Positions 39,401-53,076 of a DNA stretch of 64,000 bases are shown in pieces. The stretch spans positions 32,488,001 to 32,552,000 of the forward strand of contig OX597835.1 of the NCBI GenBank assembly GCA_951406725.2. Reading direction: 5' to 3'. A program made the position numbers and the translations under genes. This DNA is from Octopus vulgaris. Taxonomy: Eukaryota. Below the pieces are notes generated by a model, which saw nothing but the letters and a program-made list of their open reading frames with translations, had not been told where the DNA came from and did no database searches. Position 1 is the first letter of the stretch; the number at the start of each line of letters is the position of its first letter.

Positions 39401-40930
39401 GAGGATGAAGTCTATTTGGCTAGCGGAGTCTCCTGACTGATAGGTTATAAGGTGGCAGTCAGGCTTCTTAAAGTTAATGTTGCAGATTAAAAGGTTACAT
39501 GCATCACAGAATTCCAGTAGTCTAGTTCCCTCATCATTTCTGGTGCCAATACCATGGCCACCGTGTACCCCAGTGAAGATACCCATTCCCGCCCAACATG
39601 CCCATTAAAATCTCCACCCACAAAGTTGAGGTCCTTGCCACTAGTCTTTGAAGTAGCCTGTAGAAGGGTATCATAAAAGTGGTCCTTCTGATCATTTGGT
39701 AGTCCCGCTTGTGGGGCATAGGCGGAGATAATCGTAGCTGTGCCACTCTGTAGGACCAACCTGAGCTTAAGCACTCTATCGCAAACCCTGACAACCTCTA
39801 TGACCTTATCCACCCATTTCTCCGCAAGGAAAATGCCTACACCTTCCATGTTACCTTGCCAGAAAAGTTTGTACCTAAGTGCCTTGCCTGTGAGGACCCT
39901 AGCTGAAGAACCTCTCCATCTTACCTCTTGTATGCAGCATACATCAACCTGTCTTCTCTCAAGCATCTCTACAATCTCACTAGACCTACCTTTCAATGTA
40001 CCAACATTGACAGTGCCAACTCTGAAAACTGGGAAGGAGATGTGGGGGGGGAGGGGAGCAATTCAGCGCCTGAAAAGAAGAGGGTTGTTGTGGTGGTGAT
40101 CGTTTTCGTGGCATTTTTCTTCTGATCTCTCTTCCGACCTGACAACATTCAAGCATTTGGGCATGTTAAGATTGTGGACCCTGCCGTGGGCAGGAGCTGG
40201 TGTTAGCAGCATTGTAGGCATAAGCATTAAGGTCATTGATGATGTAGATGTGGCAGAAAGGCTGAAATTCTTGGTGTTAGTAGATATTCTAAGCAAGCAT
40301 TATCGACACTGAGTAACGTAATTAGGCAGCGTAGCAGAAGCATGGATATTCTAGAGTTGGGTTGGTGGGGTTCCAGCTGAGAAAGGTTCCACCAGTGAGA
40401 AGAGAGGGAGAGAAAGTGGGGGGGGGTGCAGGTAATATAGGGAAGCACCAGTGGGGAGGGTTGGGGTAAGGAGGAACGATGACAGGTAGGGTTGGTGCAG
40501 GTTCGTAGGAATTAAAACGTAGGATATCACGAGTGGGGGAGGGGACTGGAAGGAGATAGCCAGTTGAGGCAGTGACAGATTTCAAAACAGGAGGAAACGT
40601 AAGATAAGTGGGACGGTTGATGAGCTGCGGCGCTAGCTGCTTGTCTTGGTGGGGGGAGGGGTAATACACAGTGAAAGCATGTGAGGAGGAGGGATAGACA
40701 CACGTAATGGTGGTGGGGGAGGGCATATCCGGTGTAGATGGTGTGAACAGTGTTCTCCGGTAGTGGTGGGGGTGGGAAAGGGCGGGCGCACCGCGAATGG
40801 CGAAGATCGAATTAAAGGATTGAAGAAAGTACCATAGAGAAACGAAGGAATGGCGATGTTAAGGGTAGCATAGAGAAACAAACGAATTAACTTTTATACC
40901 GGGGGGGGGGGGGGGGTAAAAGGATTAAAT
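36475..40930 (-). mobile_element. Near full-length RTE-clade LINE (APE + RT + PHD-like finger), frameshifted; (GAT)n tail; inserted in (TA)n
   Basis: APE N-terminus VGTVNVGTL..CIQEVRW (39487-40030) and GDFNGHVG; RT with KAPGPSG, DLEKAFD, GVHQGS and YADD (37042-39315); (CAT)n at 36475-36496. The 5' limit beyond about 40060 is uncertain. Confidence 0.93.
37042..40030 (-). pseudogene. RTE APE-RT polyprotein split over three ORFs (39487-39996, 39230-39586, 37042-39315)
   Basis: At least two frameshifts. A short deletion (HARQSVS|IRCGVQ) is visible against the sister fragment at about 12430-12490. Confidence 0.9.
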
Positions 40931-41042
40931 TATATATATATATATACCGGAGTAAACACAAATGTGAAACAAGGTGGAGAAAAGAGTACTCAAATACCAG
41001 TGGTAGAGTAATATACTTTATTTAAAGCAGCAGAAAATTCAA

Positions 41043-41092
41043 CAAAACCTGTTACTCTGAGTTTCACATTCCCGTTCGTCGGACAGTTTTTG
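41043..41092 (-). ncRNA. Minimal hammerhead-like motif with U4C variant core
   Basis: caaaaacugu-CCGACGA-acg(ggaa)ugu-GAAAC-ucaga-GUA-acagguuuug; stems I, II and III can all form. Confidence 0.55.
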
Positions 41093-41225
41093 CTAGATAA
41101 AGTATATATATATATATTTCAATAATAATAAAAGGGTAAAATTAATTAATTAATTAATCGAGTAATTAATTAATTTTACCAAGTAGTTCGGTATATTAAA
41201 ATAACCTTTTTAGGTAAAATTATAC

Positions 41226-41503
41226 AAATATTCTATAATTATAAACCTAATTATAATGAGGGATCAGCTAATTGCTTCGCCGCACACTGAATTCAGAAAT
41301 AGGAGTTAAAATGCCTTTTCTGCTACCATAAAGATCTCCCAGACAGTAAGTAACACCCTTTTTTTCCATAGGCAAATGTTGCCCTACATAAAAATGTGGG
41401 TTATTCTCTGGGAGATCTTTTAACTCCTATTTCTAAATTTGGTGCATGGCGAAGCAATTAGCTGACTCCTGATTATAATTAAGTTTATAATTATAGAATA
41501 TTT
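41226..41503. repeat. Fold-back inverted repeat (arms of about 100 bp)
   Basis: tcagctaattgcttcgcc..agaaataggagttaaaa vs its reverse complement. Confidence 0.85.
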
Positions 41504-43259
41504 ACATATATATATAGAAGAGAACAAGGTGTACGTTACGCCGCAATAATATATGTATAAAAAATATATATAAAAATACAAAATGGGACATGAAATTGCG
41601 AGGATGATCCGGTTCTTGACTGAAGATTAGAGGCTTCGAATGATCCATCCATTTTTTGTGTCGTCTATTTGAATGTTTTGCGTTCTTGTCCCATTTTGTA
41701 GTTTTATATATATATTTTTTATATATATATACATATATATATATGTATGTATGTGTGTGTATATAGAGGTGGGTTGCTCTTTTCAGTTTCTGTCTGCCAA
41801 TTCCACTCATAAGGCATTGTTCAGCACTGAACTATTCATCATCATCATTGTTTAACATCCGTTTTTCGCGCTAGCATGGGTTGGACGGTTCGACCGGGGT
41901 CTGGGAAGCCAGGGGCTGCACCAGGCTCCAGTCTGATCTGGCAGAGTTTCTACAGCTGGATGCCCTTCCTAACGCCAACCACTCCGCGAGTGTAGTGGGT
42001 GCTTTTTGAACTCATTTGCCCAAGGTGCTGCACAGTGGGACTGAACCCAAGACCACATGATTGGAAAGCAAGCTTCTTCTTATCCACCCAACCAACCAAC
42101 CAGAGCAACATCCATAAAATTTCATGCGAATATTTCCTTTTTACATACAGCAGATGGCTGCACCAATCAGACTACGCTAAGAGCTTAATAAAGACATTTC
42201 TCTTTATAACTTCATTGATTCTCCATAAAATCCGTTCATTAAGCTGGACAGAAATTTGTAAATAGCAACAAGGTTTCTCTGCTGTCAGTCTTATGGAATA
42301 GATCAAACTGCCTGAACTGTGCAAGCATGGAAGGTGAATATAACATGATGATGATGAGGATGATTACAAAGAATATATAAATAGGACAGATAGATTTGCA
42401 GAATTTCTTTAACTCACTGATGCCAAGAAGAAATATCAGAAACATATGATGTGATTGGTTTAAATTGACATTTATTGTACGATTGATATCTCTGTTCCCA
42501 AATGTATTCGCATGTTTATTCTTACATCTGTTTTAAATCACATCTCTCTATTACAGTTCTAATGTTGTATATCAAGTGATTTGTTGTTACTACAAAAGGC
42601 AAATACACTACTGAAGGATATATTGATGTATATATATAGTGTATATATAGAAATAACTAAATATTTCCACTGTGAGGATATATACTCTTTTTATAGGAAT
42701 GAAATCATCCTAGTTACTCTGGTTTAATTCTCTATGTCAATGATAAAAGTTACATCGATATAAATAGGCATATTAAAAATGTAGAATTAAGATAAACAAG
42801 AAAGTGGAAAGTATATAGATATAATTTAATCTATTAACATGATTTTGGAAGAGTAGCACTAACGTGCGGACGTGGCTAAGACTTCTCTCAGGGAAAACCC
42901 TACGCACAGAGAAGCTCTCTCTTTGAACCAGGAATGAACACTGTATCTTCTTGGCTCACCCGAGTGAATATTTACGTACAATCCTGTGGGCTTGGCTGCC
43001 AGTTCGCCCATAAGAAATATATATGTATATATTTTACCTGTGAACCTGAAGAATAAACTACTATTTATTATTGAAGACAGCCGGATTTTTGGTTCCTTTT
43101 CATCGACTTGTATGTGATAAGATAAGACCAGACACCCCTCCAGTGTTCCTGAAACTCTCATCTTGTTACAAACATATAGTTAATTAAAATGCCTACAATT
43201 GTTTCAGTTTTACTCGATGCTAATTACAAATTTATAAAACACTGGAACATAATGTCAAC

Positions 43260-43600
43260 TTTGCTTTTCAGCTCTTCAGGATAGCTTTAAAATTCATCCA
43301 AGGCCTGGCCCCCATGCCATCCATCCACTACAGAAATCATGTTCGTGTTATATTACAACACTATGACAGAACTATTTCCCCTCAACTGGCCCTGCTCTCT
43401 TCAGTGTCATGCCACATAAAGGAGGAAAGGGATTTCAGGGCATTCAAACAGTCCCTAGATGATCCCCTCCAACAAATACCAGACAAACCACCCACACCTG
43501 GATATGCCTCTGAAAACAATAACCCTGTGCTCAAATGGGCTATGGTTCCCAAGAGCTGCCTGTATCTCTTCCAGGTGGTGCTATTAAATTAAACATGGCC
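43260..43600 (+). mobile_element. CR1/Jockey-group LINE 3' remnant
   Basis: FKQSLDDPLQQIPDKP resembles the FKxxLDxxLxxIPDxP LINE C-terminal motif. Confidence 0.5.
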
Positions 43601-43663
43601 TGGGCCAACTTGGGCTGAAACTTATCTAAGTAGTAATCTAAGTAACAGCTAAAATACAATACC

Positions 43664-43896
43664 TATTTCTTTACTACCCACAAGGGGCTAAACACAGAGA
43701 GGACAAACAAGGACAGACAAACGGATTAAGTCGATTACATCGACCCCAGTACGTAACTGGTACTTATTTAATCGACCCCGAAAGGATGAAAGGCAAAGTT
43801 GACCTTGGCGGAATTTGAACTCAGAACGTAGCGGCAGACGAAATACTGCTAAGCATTTTGCCGGGCATGCTAACGTTTCTGCTAGCTCGCTGCTTT
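43664..43896 (-). mobile_element. SINE family B (about 230 bp) with 23-bp target-site duplication. Other copies near 1-300, 897-1109, 8790, 9230, 14062, 15005-15400, 17745, 18460-22230, 51860, 59842
   Basis: Head ggcgagctggcagaa..gagttcaaattcc and central gcctttcatcctttcggggtcgataaattaagtaccag. AGTAACAGCTAAAATACAATACC occurs at 43641-43663 and 43897-43919. Confidence 0.92.
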
Positions 43897-43969
43897 AGTA
43901 ACAGCTAAAATACAATACCGTTCAAGAATTAGGGTCGACATAACTGACTTGCCTCTTCTCAAAAACTAC

Positions 43970-45240
43970 TGGCTTAAACCTTGCAATGAATTAGTGTCCT
44001 ATTCATCAACAATGTTGTAATCTTGGTGACTTATACCTCATGGAAAACTAGGTAACTGGCCTCATAAGTCATAGCAGTTAAGGGAAACAAAAAAACAAAT
44101 CCAATGAGAAATACAGCTACAGGCGCAGGAGTGGATGTGTGGTAAGTAGCTTGCTAACCAACCACATGGTTCCGGGTTCAGTCCCACTGCATGGCATCTT
44201 GGGCAAATGTCTTCTGCCAAAGCCTCGGGCCGACCAAAGCCTTGTGAGTGGATTTGGTAGACAGAAACTGGAAGAAGCCCATCGTATATATGTATGTATA
44301 AATTTATGTATGTATATGTTTGTGTGTCTGTGTTTGTCCCCCTAGCGTTGCTTGACAACTGGTGCTGGTGTGTTTACGTCCCCGTCACTTAGCGGTTCGG
44401 CAAAAGAGACCGATAGAAGTAAGTACTGCGCTTACAAAGAATAAGTCCCGGGGTCGATTTGCTCGACCAAAGGCGGTGCTCCAGCATGGCCACAATCAAA
44501 TGACTGAAACAAGTAAAAGAGAGAGAGAGTACACCATAGCTAGTATTGGTTTATTTCAATCCCTAAAGGAAAATATTAGAAAAAATTTAGACTGTAAAGA
44601 TTCAGGCTTAAATAACGAAAGGTATTTAATCAATGCCGAGACCATTCTTACCTTCCTGCCACACTGCTCATGTTGAAGTGACAACACATTAATCATGTTA
44701 TGGCCACTTAACGTGTTCTTCATGTTGTTGTTCTAAGCAAAAAAGTTAACATTGAATTCCAGGAATAACTCTCAGACTTACAAATAATGGTTTTATTTTT
44801 ATCCCTGTCATACTTTTAGCACATTTCAAAATTGAAAGTGGCTCATTGTAGAGTTTGCTTTCTATATAATCTCTCCTCATCCCTCTTTCTGTATGTGTAC
44901 ACATGTGCTTGTGTGTATACACACACACGCACATATGTGCACACATATATAAATACACACCTGCATACATGCACACATACACACCTGCATATACATACAT
45001 ATATATACACACACACATACATACACACCTGCATACATATATATATATACACACACATACATACACACCTGCATATACATATATATATATACATATACAC
45101 ACACATTCACACATAGTCATACACACACACACATATATACATAAGGGCCATAAGTTAAATCCTAATTTATATCTAACAATGATTTCAGTGCCAAATCACG
45201 TTTGACTTTGATAATGAAGAGACTAATGCATTTATCTAAA
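43970..45240 (-). repeat. Inverted-duplication segment vs about 28090-28790 (interrupted by the SINE at 44121-44525)
   Basis: Exact core around exon E with progressively diverged flanks. Confidence 0.85.
44652..44732 (-). other. Inverted identical copy of candidate exon E
   Basis: Reverse complement identical to 28438-28518, including both splice sites. Confidence 0.75.
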
Positions 45241-45279
45241 CTCGTGTAACACTCATACGCACAAAGATACACACACACA

Positions 45280-45331
<52 letters not shown>

Positions 45332-45496
45332 AAGAGAGGAAAAATACACACAAATTCATACTTTTATGCAGCTTACATAAGTTATCTAAAATGCATTTGA
45401 CACAAACTCACACACAATCATCATCATCAAAATGGACTTTTAATGATGATGATGTGTGTATCTATATAAGTGTCTATGTATATGTGTTTGCATATT

Positions 45497-45543
<47 letters not shown>

Positions 45544-45644
45544 ATTATTTGAAGGAATAAAATCCAAACTTACAAGGAAAAAGAATTCAATTTAGAAATA
45601 CTAAATCAAATTCCACACAATATAATATATATATATATATATGA

Positions 45645-45920
45645 AATATGAGAAAAAAACCACCTTTTATCAATTCAAAATGAATAATTAAATTACACCT
45701 TCTGGAAAATTACATATAAAAGTTAAAATTAAGATAACAATTAAAAAGTAAAGATTAAGTAAATTACAAAAATAATATAATGTATATAATAGGTAGAAAA
45801 ACGACACGTGTCATTTTTCTACCTATTATAATTTAAACTTATATATGTAATTTTCCAGATGGTGAAATTTAATTATTAATTTTGAATTGATAAACGGTGT
45901 TTTTTTTCTAATATTTTATA
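45645..45920. repeat. Imperfect palindrome with zero-loop centre gacacgtgtc (45803-45812)
   Basis: aataggtagaaaaacgacac|gtgtcatttttctacctatt, with further paired outer arms. Confidence 0.85.
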
Positions 45921-45925
45921 TATAT

Positions 45926-45996
<71 letters not shown>

Positions 45997-46590
45997 TTTT
46001 ATAAGTGCAGGTGTGGCTGTGTGGTAAGAAGATTTCTTCCCAACCTCATGGTTCCTGGTTTAGTCCCACAGAGGGACACCTTGGGTAAGTGTTTTCTACT
46101 ATAGCCTTGAGTCGACCTAAGCCTTGTGAGTGGATTTGTTAAATGGAAACTAAAAGAAGCCTGTCATATATATATATATATTTACATACATATATATGTA
46201 TATGTTTGTCTCCCACCATTGCTTGACAACTGATGGTTGTGTTTACATCCCCGTAGCTTAGCAGTTTGGCAAAAGAGACTGATGGAATACGTACTAGGCT
46301 TAGAAAGAATAAGTCCTGGGGTAGATTTGTTCAACTAAAGGTAGTGCTCCAGCATGGCTGCAGTCAGATGACTAAATCAAGTAAATGAAAAAAAATGTGT
46401 GAGTGTTTTACTTAATCCTATACAGTAATTTTTTTGGCACTTTATAATGTAAGTTCAAATCTAGCCAAGTATGACAGGCAGAGACAGACGGGCAGACAGA
46501 GATAGACAGAGAGATATATAAAGAGAGAGAGAAACAGATAAGTATATAGGTATGTATGAATGTATATGCATGCATGTGGATATCTTTGTA

Positions 46591-46674
<84 letters not shown>

Positions 46675-46677
<3 letters not shown>

Positions 46678-47071
46678 TTATATATAAAAGTAAGGTTGTG
46701 TATCTGTCACCTACGATTTAGATTCCTAACTACTCCCACATTTTGTGGTGCAGTTTAACCAAAACCGGGTATCTTATAGTCGTGATTCATATCGAGCCCT
46801 TCCGGGTATTAGCGCATGTCTACGATGAGTCTACGATTTAAAAAAAAATTTACCATCATTTTTTTCCATTTTAATGCATTTCTTTCGCTATTATATAAAG
46901 AAAGCAACTCTCTAAAAATGTCTACGATGAGTCAACGATTTAAAAAAAAATTTACCATCACTTTTTTCCATTTTTAATGCATTTTTTGCTATTTTTTGGC
47001 TATAACTCTCTAAAAATGCTTATATAGTTATTTCCCTTACAAACCCGAGCAACACCGGGCGATACTGCTAG
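46675..47071 (+). mobile_element. Non-autonomous Helitron-like element
   Basis: A|TC 5' end, subterminal hairpin cccg-agcaacac-cggg, CTAG|T 3' end, no TSD. Confidence 0.75.
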
Positions 47072-47099
<28 letters not shown>

Positions 47100-47103
<4 letters not shown>

Positions 47104-47371
47104 CAAAATGGGACAAGAATGCAAAATATCCAGAAGACGATACAAAAAACATGGACGGGTCATTCGAAGCCTTTAATCTTCAGTCGAGAACCAGATCATC
47201 CTCGCAATTTCGGCTGATTAATCTTGAGATTGCTCCAATCTGGCCAGCCCCAAGGAAAAACTAAGCTAACAGCATTAGATTCCTCGGAAAAAAGCAGCGA
47301 ATGTATACGAAACAAGGACAGAAAAATGGACAATGTTACACGAATATAAATACAAAAATAATACGAAAAAC

Positions 47372-47405
<34 letters not shown>

Positions 47406-47470
47406 GGACATCACAACAGGCGTCTTTCGACTAGGGAACGAATTGAATTCACGTGGCGTTTTAGGAATTG
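47100..47470 (+). repeat. (TA)n-associated interspersed repeat; related copies 33905-34250(+), 41575-41700(-), start at 34660
   Basis: aaatgggacaagaa..gattgctccaatctggccagccccaaggaaaaactaagctaa is shared. Confidence 0.75.
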
Positions 47471-47509
47471 TGCCTAACGGCATATATATATATATGTCTG
47501 TTTGTTTGT

Positions 47510-48445
47510 GTGTGTGTGTAAGAGTGTGCTTTGAAACATAGGTATGTGCATGAGTGCATGTATGTCAGTATGTATATGTTAGTAGTGTGTGCATGTGTAT
47601 ATTCCATCAAGTGATCAGATTCTTGGGAAGAAACAAGTGAGATTTCCTATAACAACACTTTTGTAGGGGAGATATAAAGATGAGAAGACAATAGGGAGAT
47701 CTCGTTAGTAAATGATGGAATAATTAACTTATTTAAGAGCAACGTTTTAATTAAATTTATTTCAGCTAAAAGGTATGTCTGTGATTTTAACAGCAACAAA
47801 TACACAGATATGTGAGATGAGAGAAAATGAGAACAGATACACTCACAGACATTTAGAAGTGTTTGTGCAAGTGTTTTTCTGGTTGTGCACTTCTTGTCTT
47901 CAATAATTATATATTTCCTCATCATTATCATCTTAGAATGTCTGTTTTCCATACTGGCATAATTTTGTCAGCTTCACAGGATCCAATGAGCTGAAGGATT
48001 GTATTGAGTGCCAATGTTTTCTTTTGACATGTTTTCCATAGCTCAATGCCTTTCCTAATACCAATCACTTCATAGAATACACTCAGTGGCTATTATTCTG
48101 TGGCACCAACACTAATGGGTTTGCCAAGTAATTCACAAGACAAACAAATTATAAAGGCCTCCACAACTGAGTAGAAATACATTAGAGGGATATAGATGTT
48201 CTTTATATCAGGTGTTGAGAGGTTAGAGTAATGTCAGGGGGACAGGAACAGGTATCTTGCTATAGCTAAGATACACATCTACCTCAGATTATATAAGAGT
48301 GGGTGGGGATTGCTGGAAAGAGAGGTAAAGGCAGTAATGATGAAGTGATATGGTGGACTTGCAAGGTAGAAAAGGTGAGCATAAATGAGAACTGAGACAT
48401 GGGTTTGAAAAGAGTAGGTGGGTTAGTTCATAAGAGGATATGAAG
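47510..48445 (-). repeat. Inverted-duplication segment, mostly near-identical to about 24860-25760
   Basis: ORF-track peptides 25356..25661(+) and 47647..47952(-) are almost identical; the DNA match extends on both sides. Confidence 0.9.
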
Positions 48446-48910
48446 AGAGTAACCGATGGTTCAAATGGAGGTGGAAGCAGACAAAGTTGTGGTTGATGGT
48501 AAATATAAGTTTTGGCATGGAAGAAGGTGGAAGGAATAGGAATGCAGAAGGGAGGAGGTGGTAAGTGGTAGTGAAGAGCAACAGCATAAAAAAACGGTAG
48601 ATAGATGAGAAGTAGGGGTGAGTGTTGGGAGGTAGTTAAGTACAAAGACAGGGATGGAAGTTAGAGGTACATAGGGGTGGATATAGCGTAGGTGAAAAAA
48701 AGGTGTAGGGAACCATTAATAGCAGATCTGAAAGGGTGTTAAAAATGATAGCAGATATGTGAGTGTGTTAAGGGTGATGTATAACACTCATACCATGTAA
48801 CACAAGGGCAAGGGTGGAGGTAACCAGTGCCACAAAAAAGAGGAGTAAACAGCTGGAAATTAAGTGGGAAAGGATGATATCAAGAACAACAACAATTATA
48901 ATAACGGTAA

Positions 48911-49279
48911 TCTCTCTATATATAAATGGCAAAATGTCTGTCTGTGTACGTGTTCCTTTATAAAAATCCACAATTTTTCAGTTAGAGGTCTCGCACTTTC
49001 TGTGGTCATTCAGAACCGTCCAAGGGTGGTCGTGCACATCTTTACATTTCCCCAGTCACCCTGCAAAGCCATTAAAAAATCAATAGAAGTGATTTTTTTG
49101 TGAATTTTCTATCCAAAACACAATCAAAATGCCCGAAACTTGATAAGCCAATTGAATGTCAGCTAGCTGTATGTGATTGGCCGGAAATTTGGACAGTACT
49201 CACGTATATGTGCACACGAACACAGCTGTATATGCATGCACTAGCACTATGACCTGGCGTTGCTGGGTCATATTGCTAG
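48911..49279 (+). mobile_element. Non-autonomous Helitron-like element
   Basis: A|TC start, hairpin tgacc..ggtca, ends CTAG|T. Confidence 0.7.
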
Positions 49280-50047
49280 TGATAATAATATTGGTTTCAA
49301 ATTTTGGCACAAGGCCAGCAATTTAGGGGAGGGAGTAAGTCAAGTACTTATTTTATCAACCCCAAAAGGGTTGAGAGACAAATAAATATGTGTGTGTGTG
49401 TGTGTATACATGCGCAAACACATAAGATTTATTTGTTTGTTGCAAATTTTCTCTCTCTAGAATTATCTGACTCTACAAACACATACATACTTAGATACAC
49501 ATATGTGCATACGAGCATATGTGTAGTTTTCTGGCCCCCGTGCCGATGGCACGTAAAAAGCACCATCCGATCGTGGCCGTTTGCCAGCCTCGTCTGGCAC
49601 GTAAAAAGCACCCACTACACTCACAGAGTGGTTGGTGTTAGGAAGGGCATCAAGCCGTAGAAACATTGCCAGATCAGACTGGGGCCTGGTGCAGCCTTCT
49701 GGCTTCCCAGAACCCAGTTGAACCGTCCAACCCATGCTAGCATGGAAAGCAGACGCTAAACGATGATGATGATGATGAAAGGTAAGAATGTATGTTGGTG
49801 AAATGTATAGTAAGGCAGTTACCATAGAAACACAATGCATGTTGTACAATGTAAGGTGTATAGTGAAGCAGATACTATACAGAGAATTGACTGTCTGTTG
49901 TATAATGTGTGTGTATATGCTTGTAGGTATGTATGCGTACACGTATACATGTGTGTTTATCTCTGAAGGGTTTTTTTTTTGTCTTCCATTGACACCATCC
50001 CACCAGGGTGACGTGACAATGTCTGATGTGTGAATATAATATTTTAA

Positions 50048-50421
50048 CCCTTTTGACACCAATCCAGCGGAAACGGCCTCTGGCTCTGTAATACAAATGT
50101 CATGTTTTCAAAAGTTCTGAATTAAAATCTTCCACCAAACCTTAGTCACGATTTATGTTCCTAACACTAGCTTAAGGACAACTAAGTTATTTTACTAAAT
50201 TCTTTGTTATTCCTTTACTTGTTTCAGTACTTGTTTCAGACTGTGGCCATGCTGGAGCACTACCTTCAGTCAAGCAAATCGACCCTAGGACTTATTCTTT
50301 GTAAGCCTAGTACTTATTCTATCAGTCTCTTTTGCCAAACTGCTAAGTTACAGGGACATAAGCACACCAGCATTGGTTGTCAAGTAATGTTTGGGAATGA
50401 GCAGACACAAACATACACACT

Positions 50422-50471
<50 letters not shown>

Positions 50472-50688
50472 CACAACGGGTTTCTTTCAATTTCCATCTA
50501 CAAAATCCATTCACAAGGCTTTGGTCAACCCAAGGCTATAGTAGAAGACACTTCCACAAGGTGCCACATTATTGAACTGAACACGGAACCAAGTGGTTGG
50601 TAAGCAAGCTACTTACCACACAGCCACTCCTATTTATAATTAATTGAAGTAAACAGAGTATCTCAATGGAAATATGGTAAAAAAAGGG
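50048..50688. mobile_element. piggyBac-like MITE interrupted by a SINE-A
   Basis: TTAA|CCCTTTT...AAAAGGG|TTAA. Confidence 0.65.
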
Positions 50689-53076
50689 TTAACATAATTC
50701 CACTCTGCTGTAAGCATTGAGGGCCAGGTCAAGTCCAAGAATAATCCCCCCTCTCCTCCTCCTATCACTCTCAGAGGCTTCAGTAAAGAGGGAGTGGGCA
50801 CTGCACTTCTTTCTCTCACTAAACTATAAAGGATAAGACGTTTACTTGTTTCAGTTATTGGACTGTGGCCATGCTGGGGCACTGCCTAGAAGGGTTTAGA
50901 CAAATAAATCAAGCCCAGTACTTATTTTTCTTTAAAACTTCGTACTTATTTTATTGATCCTTCTTTGCTGAACTGCTAAGCTATGCCAACATAAACCAAC
51001 ACTGGTTGTCACACAGTTGCAGGGTACAGACACAAATAGAAAGACACACACACCCTCAACATGTTTCTTTCAGTTTCCCTCAACCAAATTCACTCACATG
51101 TCTTGGGTGAGACTGCGGCTATAGAGATAACACTTGCCAAAGTTTCCATACAGTGGGATTGAACCCAGAACCATGGGGTTGGGAAGAAAAGTTCTTACCA
51201 CACAGCCATGCTGCACCAGATAAAGAAAAACAACAAAACACAACAAACACAACAACAACCACAATTGCCTACAATCATCATCATCATCATTTAACATCTG
51301 CTTTTCATGCTAGCATGGGTTGGACAACTTGACTGAGGACTGGCGAACCAGATGGCTGCACCAGGCTCCAATCTGATCTGGCAGAGTTTCTACAGCTTGA
51401 TGCCCTTCCTAACGCCAACTACTCCAAGAGTGTAGTGGGTGCTTTTTACGTGCCACCGACACAGAAGCCAGTTTGCTGCTCTGGCAACAATCAAGCTCAG
51501 ATGGCGCACTTAATGCATGGATGCCAGTCATCGAATTTGATTTCGATTTTACTTGCCTCAACAGGTCTTCACAAGCAGAGTTTAGTGTCCAATGAAGGAA
51601 AGGTATGCATAAATGGGTTGGTTACACCCCTGGCATAGGCCACAAGAGAAAGTTACATGTGATCGATTGATACTGTCAAGTACAAACATGCAACTAAAAG
51701 ATCAATAATTGTTTTTGACAATAAATCAAGATATAGCTGATGTATTGATTAAATTTCATTATGGTTTCATTATTGATTAACCTTTATCCAACCAGCCTAT
51801 AATCAATGGATTTCAGGCCATGACCATCTCATTTCAAATAAGTACTAGTGGGTAAGTGAAAGACAATCATATCGACTCCAGTACTTGACTGGTACTTAAT
51901 TTATTGACCCTGAAAGGATGAAAGGCAAAGTTGACTTTGGCTGAATTTGAACTCAGAATATAATGACATGCGAAATACTGCTAAGCATTTCATCCAGCAT
52001 GCTAACATTTCTGCCAGCTTGCCGCCTTCTCTTGAGCTAAATAATGCAGTATTTTGTGTTCTAACACAACCTCCATGTTAATCTCTTTCTCTTTACTCTC
52101 TTTTACTTGTTTCAGTCATTTGACTGCGGCCATGCTGGAGCACCACCTTTAGTCAAGCAAATCGACCCCGGGATTTATTCTTTGTAAGCCTAGTACTTAT
52201 TCTATCGGTCAGTTTTGCCGAACCGCTAAGTAATGGGGACGTAAACAGACCAGCATCGGTTGTCAAGCAATGCTAGGGGGACAAAAACAGTGTTTCACTG
52301 GTACTTCATTTATCAACCCCAGAAGGATAAAAGGTAAAGTGGTGTCATATGAAATTGTCACCCATAATTATGACCCTAGTAGCGATCTATTGTATTTCAA
52401 TCTGTTTCACGGTTAGAGTTAGGATTAGGGTTAGGGGTGGGGGGAAAGTTATCTTTTTTTCTTTATAAATGTAAATAAACCCGATCTGTTTCTTAAACGA
52501 GGGACATATTCATACAGCACAGAATGCTTTTTAACTCAATAGATGTCACTGATTGGTTGAAATTGCAGAAATTGAAGAAAAAAAAACAACAAATATCTTA
52601 CAAACTATAGAATTTTCTCAATAAAGCCAAGAGAAAAAGATGTTTTATAAACACATTCTACCAGTATACGAAGTTTAAAATTTTTTAGTTACTTAGAACT
52701 TATGTTAAAAACTGCCATTCAAACCGAAAAGATCCGAAATTTTAACAATGACACTTCCTCTATAAGTAGACAATGTTCAAGAGACTGCTCATGAAAAAAC
52801 CCCATATAGCCAAGGGTACCCAGACTTCTTGGGCAGGTGCTTTTCCTTAGTTCCTAATTTCTTAATTACAGGTGTATATTCAGAGTAGGCCTGTTCTCTC
52901 ACACCTTGCTCAACACTCTCAACAATAATAATGTTAATAATAATAATGATAATTCTTTCAACTATGAGCTCAAGAAGCTGTCATCACCTTTGATGAGCTG
53001 TCATGAGCAAAGCAAAGGTTAGGTTATACAGCTGACTATTCGGTGAGTGGGGTGGTGGACATGAAATAAAAATTAC

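Noticed and set aside
40050-40085. 2A-like peptide upstream of the RTE APE (LSGAELLP)
   Set aside because: Lacks the DxExNPGP core and is out of frame with the APE.
48794-48852. Minus-strand copy of MFSD11 exon C
   Set aside because: It has splice-like ends and a hydrophobic frame but no similarity to exon C.
52410-52440. Interstitial telomere (TTAGGG-like)
   Set aside because: Only a few degenerate units, internal to the MITE family (also at about 5148-5158).
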